Position numbers and translations under genes: made by a program. The notes beneath the pieces were generated by a model. It saw only the letters and a list, made by a program, of their open reading frames with translations. It was not told the origin of the DNA and ran no database searches. Positions 8,563 through 17,037 of a DNA stretch of 32,000 bases are shown piece after piece. Position 1 is the stretch's first letter; each line of letters begins with the position of its first letter. Origin of the DNA: Candidatus Woesearchaeota archaeon (GTDB lineage Archaea; Nanobdellota; Nanobdellia; Woesearchaeales; GW2011-AR9); contig JACPIK010000002.1 in NCBI GenBank assembly GCA_016188115.1, positions 895,462 through 927,461 on the forward strand, given 5' to 3'.

Positions 8563-9204
8563 CTATTCCTTCTTTTTATTCTTATAATGTTTTACCACTT
8601 CCACAATTAGGGGTATAAACGACAACAGAATGATCCCAATAATGAATGCCCCGAAGTGTTCTTGAACAATTGGAATATTACCAAAGAAATAACCACCCCA
8701 CACAAATAACCCTACCCAAATAATTCCCCCAAGGATATTATACAAAATAAATGTTAAATATTCCATCTTTCCAATACCCGCCACGAATGGTGCAAATGTA
8801 CGTACGACTGGAATAAACCGAGCAAGGATAATCGTTTTCTTACCATGCTTTTCATAAAATAACTTTGTTCTCTCCATATATCCTGGTTTAATGAACCTAC
8901 TCTTAGCCAACAGCTTTTCACCAATGTGCCGACCCATCCAATAATTCACACTATCACCTAGGATAGCTGCCAAAGCAAGTAACAAGAAGATCCAAAAGAT
9001 GTTCAAATAGTCTTGTGCTGCAAACGCACCAACAGCAAACAATAACGAATCACCCGGTAAAAATGGAGTAAAAACAAATCCCGTCTCAGCAAAGATAATT
9101 AAAAAGAGCAACCCATACGTCCAGCCACCATACTGGGAAATAATCGCGCCAAGATATTTGTCAATATGTAAAGCAATATCAAGAAACGTGCTAAGAGTAC
9201 CCAT
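8563..9204 (-). CDS. dedA: DedA/VTT-domain membrane protein
   Basis: FTPFLPGDSLLFAVGAFA and the ARFIPVVRTFAPFVAG re-entrant motif are typical of DedA. A TATA box (TTTATTAA, 9227-9234) lies 23 nt upstream. Confidence 0.85.
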   Translation of the reverse strand: MGTLSTFLDIALHIDKYLGAIISQYGGWTYGLLFLIIFAETGFVFTPFLPGDSLLFAVGAFAAQDYLNIFWIFLLLALAAILGDSVNYWMGRHIGEKLLAKSRFIKPGYMERTKLFYEKHGKKTIILARFIPVVRTFAPFVAGIGKMEYLTFILYNILGGIIWVGLFVWGGYFFGNIPIVQEHFGAFIIGIILLSFIPLIVEVVKHYKNKKKE

Positions 9205-9262
9205 CTTTCCTAAAGTACAAAAGAACTTAATAAAGGTAGAGGAAAAAAGTCTCTCTTACGTC

Positions 9263-9442
9263 TTATTCTTGAACCAACCGTTTTTTCAACCATGGCAGCC
9301 CAACAAACGCCACCAATCCGCACAATATCAATACAATCCAAAACGTTAAAACTGGAATTCTACCTAGCGCAAATAGCACCATCGCTGCCAAAACTAAAAT
9401 CATAAAAAAAATACCGATTCCCTTCAAGACAATTGGTTTCAT
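9263..9442 (-). CDS. Small 2-TM membrane protein of 59 aa, below the ORF-track length cut-off
   Basis: The minus strand has an ATG at 9442 and a TAA at 9265-9263. Translation: MKPIVLKGIGIFFMILVLAAMVLFALGRIPVLTFWIVLILCGLVAFVGLPWLKKRLVQE. It has two clean hydrophobic helices and a basic tail, and starts 8 nt after the hisS stop. Confidence 0.4.
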   Translation of the reverse strand: MKPIVLKGIGIFFMILVLAAMVLFALGRIPVLTFWIVLILCGLVAFVGLPWLKKRLVQE

Positions 9443-9450
9443 AGTAGCCT

Positions 9451-10734
9451 TTATTTCAACTTCTTAACAACGTCCTTAAGAGCCAACAGCTGCTCGGTTC
9501 CGTCTGTCATGTTACGCAACATTACTTTCTTCTGCTTCAGCTCATCTTCACCAACAATTACCACATAGGGAATTCCCAACGCATTGGCGTACTCAAAGTG
9601 CTTACTTACACCTTTCTTACCCAGAGCAATATCAGCAGCAACACCTGCATTACGCAACTCCTGTACAATACCAAATGATGCTTGGGCAGTATTAATCGGT
9701 ACCACATACACTTTTGTCAAAGTAATATTACCTACTTTCCCCCGACTACGCAGCACATCCATAATCGGCTCAATACCAAATGAGATACCCACTGCAGGAA
9801 TGATACGACCGCCGCCGGCAAACTTACCAATCATATTATCATAGCGACCGCCGCCAGCAAGAGAACATTTTGGTTCGCCTTCTTTTGGATCAACAAGATA
9901 CGGCTCAAAAAGAGTGCCTGTGTAATATGCTTGCCCGCGCGCAAGCGAGATATCAAGTTGATAGCAATCGATCTTCAAATCATCAAGATAGCCAAATACT
10001 TCCTGAAGCTCAGCAAGACCTTGCTTACCTTCAGCACTTGTTATAAGTGGTGCAATCTCATCAAGAGTCAAACCAGGTTTCAAAAATATAAACAACCCTT
10101 CAACTTGTTTTTTGGTGTAACCACGCCCAATAAGTTCATCACTCACACCTTTGACACCAATCTTATCTAATTTGTCAATAGAAATTAATGCTTCTTTAAC
10201 ATCTTTAATACCAGCTTGTTCTAATATCCCATTAAGCAGTTTACGATTGTTGATTTTAAGAACAATATCCAGCCCCCATACATCAAAGAACGCTTTGACC
10301 ATTGCCACAATCTCGGCATCGGCAAGCATTGAACTTGAACCTATCGTATCAATATCACATTGCCAAAATTCCCGATAGCGACCTAATTTGATTGGTCCAT
10401 CACGAAATACTGGACCCATTTCATATCGCTTAAATGGCAATTTTAATGTTGGGTCCATCGCCACATACCGTGCTAATGAAGTTGTCAATTCAAATCGTAA
10501 TCCTAATTTCCGACTCCCCTGATCCGTAAGTTGAAACGTCTCCTTCAAACAATCGCTTCCTTCTTCTGCTCCCCCTTTCGCCGCTAATGTTTCAAACCGT
10601 TCCATTATTGGCGTCTCAAGTGGCATAAAACCATAGAGTTCAAAGATTCGCTGCATAGATTCGAGTACTTTATTTTTCACAATTTTTTCAGCCGGCGCCA
10701 CATCGCGCACGCCTTTAGCAAGTTGCATATCCAT
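9451..10734 (-). CDS. hisS: Histidyl-tRNA synthetase
   Basis: Class II motifs are present: FRDGPIKLGRYREFWQCDIDTIG (motif 2 region) and AGGGRYDNMIGKF plus GISFGIEPI (motif 3 region). A C-terminal anticodon-binding domain follows. A TATA box lies 23 nt upstream. Confidence 0.93.
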   Translation of the reverse strand: MDMQLAKGVRDVAPAEKIVKNKVLESMQRIFELYGFMPLETPIMERFETLAAKGGAEEGSDCLKETFQLTDQGSRKLGLRFELTTSLARYVAMDPTLKLPFKRYEMGPVFRDGPIKLGRYREFWQCDIDTIGSSSMLADAEIVAMVKAFFDVWGLDIVLKINNRKLLNGILEQAGIKDVKEALISIDKLDKIGVKGVSDELIGRGYTKKQVEGLFIFLKPGLTLDEIAPLITSAEGKQGLAELQEVFGYLDDLKIDCYQLDISLARGQAYYTGTLFEPYLVDPKEGEPKCSLAGGGRYDNMIGKFAGGGRIIPAVGISFGIEPIMDVLRSRGKVGNITLTKVYVVPINTAQASFGIVQELRNAGVAADIALGKKGVSKHFEYANALGIPYVVIVGEDELKQKKVMLRNMTDGTEQLLALKDVVKKLK

Positions 10735-10778
10735 GGTATAGTTACCTCATTAAATGTTTATATTCCTTTCTACCTAAT

Positions 10779-11249
10779 TTAACCAGAATTAGTTATTTCT
10801 GGTTGATTAATTTTTTTTAATATTTCAAACACTAAATACAATTTTTCAACAACCCAAGTAGGTTTTTCACTTTCGCTGCGAGGAAACTCCCGACTATATT
10901 TTCCTTGTTGATACCAAATAGTCTTTATCCCTAAAGCGTTCGCAGCTGCGATTTCAGATTGAATTCTATCCCCCACCACTACCACTTCACTAGATGAAAA
11001 ACCCAAATCTCGCAATGTTTCTTCAAATACCAAAGTATCTTTTTGCTTGACAAATTTAACAATACTAAAAAAAGAAAAAAAAGATTTATTTTTAAAATTT
11101 TCAAAATTAGTATTTCCAGCACTAACCAAAGCAAGTTTAATTCCTAATCGAGTTGTATCTGAAAGCAAATCTAAAGCTCCATCTATAATCACCCCTTTTT
11201 CAGGACAGTACAACGTCCGATTAAAATCAAAAATGACACATTTTATCAT
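10779..11249 (-). CDS. HAD-superfamily hydrolase, small and capless, with a variant motif I
   Basis: Motif I is VIFDFNRTL (D-x-N instead of D-x-D). Motif II is LVSAG. Motif IV is VVVGDRIQSE. The start overlaps the upstream gene's stop by 4 nt. Confidence 0.7.
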   Translation of the reverse strand: MIKCVIFDFNRTLYCPEKGVIIDGALDLLSDTTRLGIKLALVSAGNTNFENFKNKSFFSFFSIVKFVKQKDTLVFEETLRDLGFSSSEVVVVGDRIQSEIAAANALGIKTIWYQQGKYSREFPRSESEKPTWVVEKLYLVFEILKKINQPEITNSG

Positions 11250-12670
11250 CTTATCTCACCGCCTACAAAATACATTCGAATTTCATAACATCGCTTACCT
11301 TTTTTATCACCTAAAACATCGATATCCAGAAGACTTGGAACGAATTGTTCAAAGAGATTGCTTTTTTGACTATCTATCCTCATTTCACGACCAAAAACAG
11401 GAACAATAAGCGGTTTGAAATAACTACTCCCAGTCTCATACTCTTTGAAAAAAACTTTCTTCTTAACTAATAAACCATAATCTCTATCTCCCAATTGAGA
11501 TTGTTCATAGAATCTTGCCAAAGAAAAATCATCTGGAATCAATACCCTACTACTTGGAATTCTTGCACCATAACTAGAAAGTTGCTCATCATTTTCAAGA
11601 ATTCTATTTCGCAAAATTTGGTTTCGACTAAGGTAATCAAAAGTGGGAGTAGGAAAACCTTTTCCATTTATTATAACTTCATAGGAAGTATCGAATGGAC
11701 CATTTGTTTGTTCAACTATGACTCCCATTTTCCTTAGTTGTGAAATTAAGTACTCCCTCTCCAACTTAAAAAAACCTAATTCCTGAGAAACTAGACTTTG
11801 AGGAATTCTAAGAGTATCGTTAAATGTTGAGACAATCTTTTCAATTCCAACGTCTGGCTGTCTACCTAACGCTTTACTAGCACAAAGAATATCCGCAACA
11901 TACCCCACCGCAGGAGATCCTATATCTATTACGTAGATGTCATTACCAAAAAGCATCATATCAACTGAACCAGTGAATGCGACCCTTCCTTCTTCACCGG
12001 TTGCGCGACACAATGCAGAATACGCTGCTTTTGCAGTTTTTACTAACCTCCCATACAAAGGTGCAGACAGTTGAAAAGGTTTATCAGACACACCATAAAA
12101 AAACAAAGGACTTTTGCCTTTACCTCTTTTCTCTGATATTGGACATATTGCCTGAGCCTCATTAAGTAGAGAATCTATTTGTCCAATTTTTGTGGAGTCA
12201 AGCTGATCTAATTGATCTTTTATCTCAAATAGTCTCTCTTTAACGAAATTGCTTGCTTTATCAACAGCAAATGGTTCAACAAATGAAGCAGAAGGTAGAA
12301 TTCTTATCGCACCATCATAACCAAAAGTATCAGACTCAACAACATCAACTAATGAAGTAAACCCAGTAAATGCAGTCTGATCATTGCTTAGACATTTGAT
12401 AAACCATCTACGAAGATCAATAGAATCTGGTTTTGCACAACGTAGCATTGGCGAAAGATAATTTTGAGCCATTGCTAATTCCTCAGCTGAACTGAGAGGT
12501 TCATTTAAACGAGAAAATCCCCCTTTAAATTTTCTCCATCCTTTCACAAGATCAGGAAGAGCATCATATGTTGCACCACTTACTCTTGCAATAGTTGACA
12601 AAACCTGAAATGAATCATCATTTCTTTCAATGCCGACAACCAGCACGTTCCCGTACCAAAGCTCCTGCAC
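11246..12670 (-). CDS. Hypothetical protein, 474 aa, no family recognised
   Basis: Long uninterrupted ORF with a GTG start, translationally coupled to the HAD gene. The C-terminal KRCYEIRMYFVGGEI and GNDIYVIDIGSP strands are vaguely ATP-grasp-like, but I cannot support that assignment. Confidence 0.6.
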   Translation of the reverse strand: MQELWYGNVLVVGIERNDDSFQVLSTIARVSGATYDALPDLVKGWRKFKGGFSRLNEPLSSAEELAMAQNYLSPMLRCAKPDSIDLRRWFIKCLSNDQTAFTGFTSLVDVVESDTFGYDGAIRILPSASFVEPFAVDKASNFVKERLFEIKDQLDQLDSTKIGQIDSLLNEAQAICPISEKRGKGKSPLFFYGVSDKPFQLSAPLYGRLVKTAKAAYSALCRATGEEGRVAFTGSVDMMLFGNDIYVIDIGSPAVGYVADILCASKALGRQPDVGIEKIVSTFNDTLRIPQSLVSQELGFFKLEREYLISQLRKMGVIVEQTNGPFDTSYEVIINGKGFPTPTFDYLSRNQILRNRILENDEQLSSYGARIPSSRVLIPDDFSLARFYEQSQLGDRDYGLLVKKKVFFKEYETGSSYFKPLIVPVFGREMRIDSQKSNLFEQFVPSLLDIDVLGDKKGKRCYEIRMYFVGGEIR

Positions 12671-12761
12671 CTGAGTTTAATTCTGTTTGTTCCATATTTG
12701 TTTATTTCCCTGTTTAAAGTCCAGACGACTTTGTATCTATCACATTTTGAGGCCTGTGGGA

Positions 12762-12853
12762 GAGAATCGAACTCTCACTTCGCGAGATCTGCAGAAAAGA
12801 AATATCACAGTCGCGTGTGCTAGCCTTTAACACTACCACAAGCAATAACTAAT
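12762..12853 (-). tRNA. tRNA-His(GUG) with an 18-nt intron at the canonical 37/38 position; G-1 encoded, no encoded CCA
   Basis: The minus strand reads G(-1) CTTGTGG TA GTGT TAAAGGCTA GCAC A CGCGA CTGTGA [TATTTCTTTTCTGCAGAT] C TCGCG AAGT GAGAG TTCGATT CTCTC CCACAGG C. The anticodon is GTG. G-1 opposite C73 is the His identity element. The variable loop is 4 nt. Oddities: U at position 14, a C1-G72 pair, and no 3' oligo-T. Confidence 0.7.
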
Positions 12854-13093
12854 AATCAATGCTAAGGGCATAAAGCCTAAAGATGATGAATACTATACAA
12901 CGATACTACAATAATAAGAATTCGTGAAAAAAAATCACGCTGCACTTCAACAATTTGAACAACAGAGTTGGAACTAGAAAAAATTACATCGTCAACAATG
13001 ACGACAATCAACTCCATTGAGATTATTCATATTAACACAAAAGTACAACTTCTATTTAAATCTTTCTTAATCATCACTGAAAAGAAACAACAC

Positions 13094-13819
13094 TTACTTC
13101 TCTGCCAATGCATGCATTGATTTACGAAGCGTCCAAAACCCGCCTGCTGCCAGAAGATACCCAGCCATATATAACAAATCTGTGATAGCACCCATTGATC
13201 CTTCCAGATACGTTCCTTGCGCAGTTGTCAACGTAAACAAAACATCCCCTACGAGAATTGCACAACTTGCAATAAAAAAGAACATTAGCGGTTGAGCAAA
13301 ATCACCAATATAACGACTAAAAAAGAGATTACTCATCGCCAATGATACAATAATTGAACTAATAAAAGGATAAAAATAACTAAAGAATGAAATCTCTGCT
13401 CCGCTTGGAGCAATGATCATAAAGAGAAAATAAGAAACAACCCCAACAATACCTACTCCCAATCCAAAGAACTTAAGAGGAAGAGATGAATCTTTATTTT
13501 TCTTAAGCAATGAATGTACTAACGAAATATAAGAAACAACCAGCAATATTGCTCCTGCTGCCCAATAAATATCAGCCATACCAATAGATGCATCAGTATG
13601 TTCAATCTTTTCCATCAAATAAAGAGAAACTTCTCCTAACGCATACAAAGAATACCCTAACACCATAAAGAGAAAAATAAAATAGTTTGAATCATCAAAG
13701 AGTTCTTTAAGTCGATTATGAAATAATTTCTGTAAAACAATAATTCCGCTAATTGCAGATGTAGCCGCACAAACCATAACTAAAGGAGATATTATCTCAC
13801 GAAAATTCTCTATCACCAT
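13094..13819 (-). CDS. Polytopic membrane protein (about 7 TM), function unknown
   Basis: 241-aa ORF of serial hydrophobic helices. A TATA box (TTTAAATA, 13842-13849) lies 23 nt upstream of the ATG. Confidence 0.6.
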   Translation of the reverse strand: MVIENFREIISPLVMVCAATSAISGIIVLQKLFHNRLKELFDDSNYFIFLFMVLGYSLYALGEVSLYLMEKIEHTDASIGMADIYWAAGAILLVVSYISLVHSLLKKNKDSSLPLKFFGLGVGIVGVVSYFLFMIIAPSGAEISFFSYFYPFISSIIVSLAMSNLFFSRYIGDFAQPLMFFFIASCAILVGDVLFTLTTAQGTYLEGSMGAITDLLYMAGYLLAAGGFWTLRKSMHALAEK

Positions 13820-13913
13820 AACCTAGAGAATGAAAAACAAGTATTTAAAGCAATCGATTTGCCCACCCCAACCAAAAGAATTAATTTATAACCCTTAAGA
13901 AAATATCTCAAAC

Positions 13914-14606
13914 ATGTGTTTTGCGCCAGCCGTCTCTCTGACCATAGCCATTATTGAATTTATTGTAGCAATCCTTCTGATTACCTATTTTCGTAGAACG
14001 ACTCTTACTAAATTCTCTTCTATCTTTATAGCTCTGTTAGGGTTCTACCAACTTACCCAATATTTCCTCTGTACTTCTCAAAACCCTCAACTCTGGGCAA
14101 TTATTGGATTTATTACCTATACTTTTCTCCCCCCACTTGGACTCCACTTCACTCTAGCATACACACATAAAAAGAATGACTACCTAATTATTTATTATCT
14201 TCCGGCATCGATATTGTCATTAATCGCTATTTCCTATCCCAATTTTGTTTCACAGGCATATTGTAGTACTGTTTTAGTTGTCGTTCAATCTCTCTTTTTT
14301 AATATTCAGGCCCACCCCGTTTTGACAGTCTTATACATGGCTTATTATTTAGCATACGTTATCATACCCTGCCTAATTATAATCCCCCACATACACCAAG
14401 AACATTCTGGTAAAAGAAAAGTAGCAGAAACAGTCGTATCTATTGCGTTAATTACGAGTCTTGGAGCTGCATTTATTCTCATTACTCTACTACCTGATCT
14501 GCGAATTATGTTTCCCTCTATTTATTGTTCATTTGCCGTACTATTTTCTATTGCAGCTTTTATCGCTGCATGGTATGAACAAAAGGGAGGCAAGAAGCAT
14601 AAATAA
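13914..14606 (+). CDS. Polytopic membrane protein (about 7 TM), function unknown
   Basis: 230-aa ORF of serial hydrophobic helices. TTTATAA (13885-13891) ends 22 nt before the ATG. Confidence 0.6.
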   Translation: MCFAPAVSLTIAIIEFIVAILLITYFRRTTLTKFSSIFIALLGFYQLTQYFLCTSQNPQLWAIIGFITYTFLPPLGLHFTLAYTHKKNDYLIIYYLPASILSLIAISYPNFVSQAYCSTVLVVVQSLFFNIQAHPVLTVLYMAYYLAYVIIPCLIIIPHIHQEHSGKRKVAETVVSIALITSLGAAFILITLLPDLRIMFPSIYCSFAVLFSIAAFIAAWYEQKGGKKHK

Positions 14607-14612
14607 AAAAAA
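14601..14612 (-). terminator. Oligo-T run immediately 3' of the second tRNA-His
   Basis: The minus strand reads CCA-TTTTTTTTATTT directly after the encoded CCA end. Confidence 0.45.
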
Positions 14613-14688
14613 TGGGACGGTCGGGGGGAGTTGAACCCCCTCCATGGCTTCCACAGAGCCACATACTAACCGTTATACGACGACCGTC
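14613..14688 (-). tRNA. tRNA-His(GUG), intronless, with G-1 and CCA encoded
   Basis: The minus strand reads G(-1) ACGGTCG TC GTAT AACGGTTA GTAT G TGGCT CTGTGGA AGCCA TGGA GGGGG TTCAACT CCCCC CGACCGT C CCA. It folds into a full cloverleaf with anticodon GTG, G37, G-1:C73 and a 4-nt variable loop. Confidence 0.85.
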
Positions 14689-14712
14689 AATATTATGAAA
14701 AATCTGAAGATT

Positions 14713-14721
14713 CTTTAAAAA
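14713..14721 (-). promoter_or_regulatory. TATA box (TTTTTAAAG) for the second tRNA-His
   Basis: It lies about 25 nt upstream of the tRNA 5' end at 14688. Confidence 0.4.
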
Positions 14722-14735
14722 TGTTTGCGGACTAG

Positions 14736-16250
14736 CTATACCACCAGCACTTTCTGCTGCCGTACAACACGCACCCGTAATTTCTTAGTATATCCAATAA
14801 ATTCTCCTCCTGCTTGAAAAGGGAATGGCTCAGAACTTGTAAGAACTATTTCTTCACCTTTCAACGCAATAAGAGGAGCTTTGTTAAAACCAAACATTGG
14901 CAGTACTAACGACCATAATCGCAACGGTTTGTTAAACAAGGTAGAATGTGTATTAACACACGCCGTACCATAAACCATACCATCTGCTGCATCAACGTGC
15001 CCAGGTAGCGACCGAACACCATACCCATAATAGGGGATTTTAGCAATAATAATATTCACGCACTTTTTCCAAGAATGGGACACCCCATCAACAGTACAAG
15101 TAAAATGATAAGACCCTTTCACATGAAAAATAGTAGAAAAACTTCCTTTAAGATAATCTAAGAAACCATACGCTGTGCGAGGAGAACTACGGCGAATGAC
15201 TTCTCCATCAATACCAATACCCACAAACAATGTTTGACGTTTTCCCTTGTCCCATTCAATTTCTAAGACATCCATTGTTTTTTCACGAAATGGGAATCGA
15301 GAACGTAAATACTCAAAGCGTTTACCCTTATAAAAATAAGAATAAAACGCATTTCCCGCACCTAACGGAAAAAAACCAATACTCTTCGATGCAAAAAATG
15401 GGTCATTTAACGCGCTCTCAAAAGTTCCATCTCCTCCTGCAATAACAATATGATCTGCAGATCGAAAGCGTTGCGATGCCACTTTGAATAAATTTCCCTC
15501 AGATGGCAAAAAAATCATCTGCGCTTTACGTCTACGAACAAAGACATTTAAGAGACGTCGGCGATAAGTATTATTATAGCCACGCGACTTCTGATTCGTA
15601 AAAACAACCAAAGGAATTGAATGAGCAAGACGCTTTCCTTCACGTCGACGAGCTCTAATAATTTTTCCAAACGAGAAGATATAATGAAGAATACTCACAG
15701 CAGCAATACCTAAACTAATTGCAGTAGCAGTCACCAACCCAAAATCAACCAATGACAAAGAAATTCCTTGTGACCCCGCTGAATGCAACGCAATAAATTC
15801 ATCTATCAGTAAAAAAAGCACAATAAAATACTCTGAAAATATAAGAGCTCGACCATACCATTCTCCTTGTATTTGGACATCTTCACGTCCTGCATGCCAG
15901 CGCACAATGCTCACAATAATATCACGAATAATAAAAAAAACGAGAAAGAACCAAGAAAATGAACCAAAGAGAGTAAAAAAAAGCAACAACCCGCTTACAA
16001 GCACTTTGTCAGCAAACGGAGCAAAAAACGAACGAGCATGGTGTTGAGCATAATGAAGTGCCCCCTCTAAAAGATCGCTTAATAATGCTAAAACCAGCAC
16101 GAATAAAGCACCCACTACAGCAGAAGGAGCTTGCGCTAAAACGAGAACTATAATCAACGGCAACGAAAGAACACGAAAAAATGTAATAATTCTTCGCGCG
16201 AACATATCCTCACAAAAGAAAAGAAAGTTTAAAAGGCTTTTCGTGCTCAC
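14736..16250 (-). CDS. Fusion protein: N-terminal CDP-alcohol-phosphatidyltransferase-like membrane domain (degenerate motif) plus C-terminal diacylglycerol/lipid kinase catalytic domain
   Basis: The N-terminal region SDLLEGALHYAQHHARSFFAPFADKVLV aligns by eye to D-x2-D-G-x2-A-R...G-x3-D-x3-D with several Asp residues replaced. About 5 TM helices follow. The C-terminal domain carries IVIAGGDGTFESALN (DAGK_cat GGDGT motif) and FPLGAGNAF. Confidence 0.7.
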   Translation of the reverse strand: MSTKSLLNFLFFCEDMFARRIITFFRVLSLPLIIVLVLAQAPSAVVGALFVLVLALLSDLLEGALHYAQHHARSFFAPFADKVLVSGLLLFFTLFGSFSWFFLVFFIIRDIIVSIVRWHAGREDVQIQGEWYGRALIFSEYFIVLFLLIDEFIALHSAGSQGISLSLVDFGLVTATAISLGIAAVSILHYIFSFGKIIRARRREGKRLAHSIPLVVFTNQKSRGYNNTYRRRLLNVFVRRRKAQMIFLPSEGNLFKVASQRFRSADHIVIAGGDGTFESALNDPFFASKSIGFFPLGAGNAFYSYFYKGKRFEYLRSRFPFREKTMDVLEIEWDKGKRQTLFVGIGIDGEVIRRSSPRTAYGFLDYLKGSFSTIFHVKGSYHFTCTVDGVSHSWKKCVNIIIAKIPYYGYGVRSLPGHVDAADGMVYGTACVNTHSTLFNKPLRLWSLVLPMFGFNKAPLIALKGEEIVLTSSEPFPFQAGGEFIGYTKKLRVRVVRQQKVLVV

Positions 16251-16334
16251 ATCAACTATGTCTCATTTTTCGATCATTACAATTATTGCTTTTAGTACCC
16301 CTGCGTATATCATTCCTAACAAGAGGGATTCATA

Positions 16335-16982
16335 ATGTGGGTTGCCAAATTCAAAATCAAACATGACACCTGCTGGATAACTCCAAAGACAGCAAAATAC
16401 AATGTTTCAACATTTGGTATCCCATTAAGTTCATACACTAAGAACGGCAAGAAGTATCATACAGGAGTAGACTTTCTGCAAGGCAGCGAACAAGAAAAAA
16501 AGAAACTTATCGCCGCCATCAAAAAAGATAAACATGTCAAAAAAATCGATATTCGCGGCGACCAAATCTTCGTACTCATTGAAGGCAACGACTTCATCAC
16601 AAACCATTATGACCCTGCCCTCTTCTTTGTCAATCCTGTCTTTACCAGTAAAGGCTATGAATATTGGGAATTAGGATCTTGGGAACGTGATCGTCTTCTT
16701 ACATTTTACAACAAAATCAAAACGGAAATGAAAGTAGAATTACTCAAACTCCAAAACGAAACCCCACAACTCTTCATCCATCAAGCACTTCCCTCTCTAA
16801 CACCAAAACAAAAAGCAGTATTCATGCTCGCCCGAGATTCAGGATATTATCACCATCCACGTAAAATTTCTGTAGAGGAACTCGCAAAACGTAACAAAAT
16901 TCCACGCAGCACCTTCCAAGAACATCTACGCAAAGCAGAGAGTAAAATCATGGAAATGGTAGGAAATGGAATTGGTCTCTAA
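16335..16982 (+). CDS. HTH_10 (Bat-type) DNA-binding transcriptional regulator
   Basis: The C-terminal LTPKQKAVFMLARDSGYYHHPRKISVEELAKRNKIPRSTFQEHLRKAESKIM matches the archaeal HTH_10 pattern LT.rQ...l..A...GY...PR......lA..l.is.st..ehLR.AE.K. Confidence 0.75.
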   Translation: MWVAKFKIKHDTCWITPKTAKYNVSTFGIPLSSYTKNGKKYHTGVDFLQGSEQEKKKLIAAIKKDKHVKKIDIRGDQIFVLIEGNDFITNHYDPALFFVNPVFTSKGYEYWELGSWERDRLLTFYNKIKTEMKVELLKLQNETPQLFIHQALPSLTPKQKAVFMLARDSGYYHHPRKISVEELAKRNKIPRSTFQEHLRKAESKIMEMVGNGIGL

Positions 16983-17037
16983 TTCAGCATATGCCGGCAG
17001 TAATAAAATATAAACTCACTCCACTCAAAATAACATC

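Noticed and set aside
9158-9349. The 63-aa plus-strand ORF spanning the dedA 5' end and the dedA/hisS intergenic region.
   Set aside because: It overlaps the dedA start and promoter and has an implausible composition. The minus-strand 59-aa two-TM ORF at 9263-9442 explains the open frame better.
11047-11409. The 120-aa plus-strand ORF across the junction of the HAD and 474-aa genes.
   Set aside because: It is antisense to two translationally coupled genes, has no promoter geometry and gives a low-complexity translation.
12881-13080. C/D-box sRNA candidates: ATGATGA at 12881-12887 on the plus strand and GTGATGA at about 13072-13078 on the minus strand.
   Set aside because: No correctly spaced D', C' or D (CTGA) boxes follow either C-box-like word, and no terminal stem is present.
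12854-14612. The segment between the two tRNA-His genes as an integrated mobile element.
   Set aside because: No integrase, transposase or other mobility gene is present. I saw no repeat of a tRNA 3' or 5' fragment that could act as an att site. The two tRNAs are not copies of each other. Both membrane genes have the standard local promoter geometry. A foreign origin for one tRNA is kept as a question in the findings.
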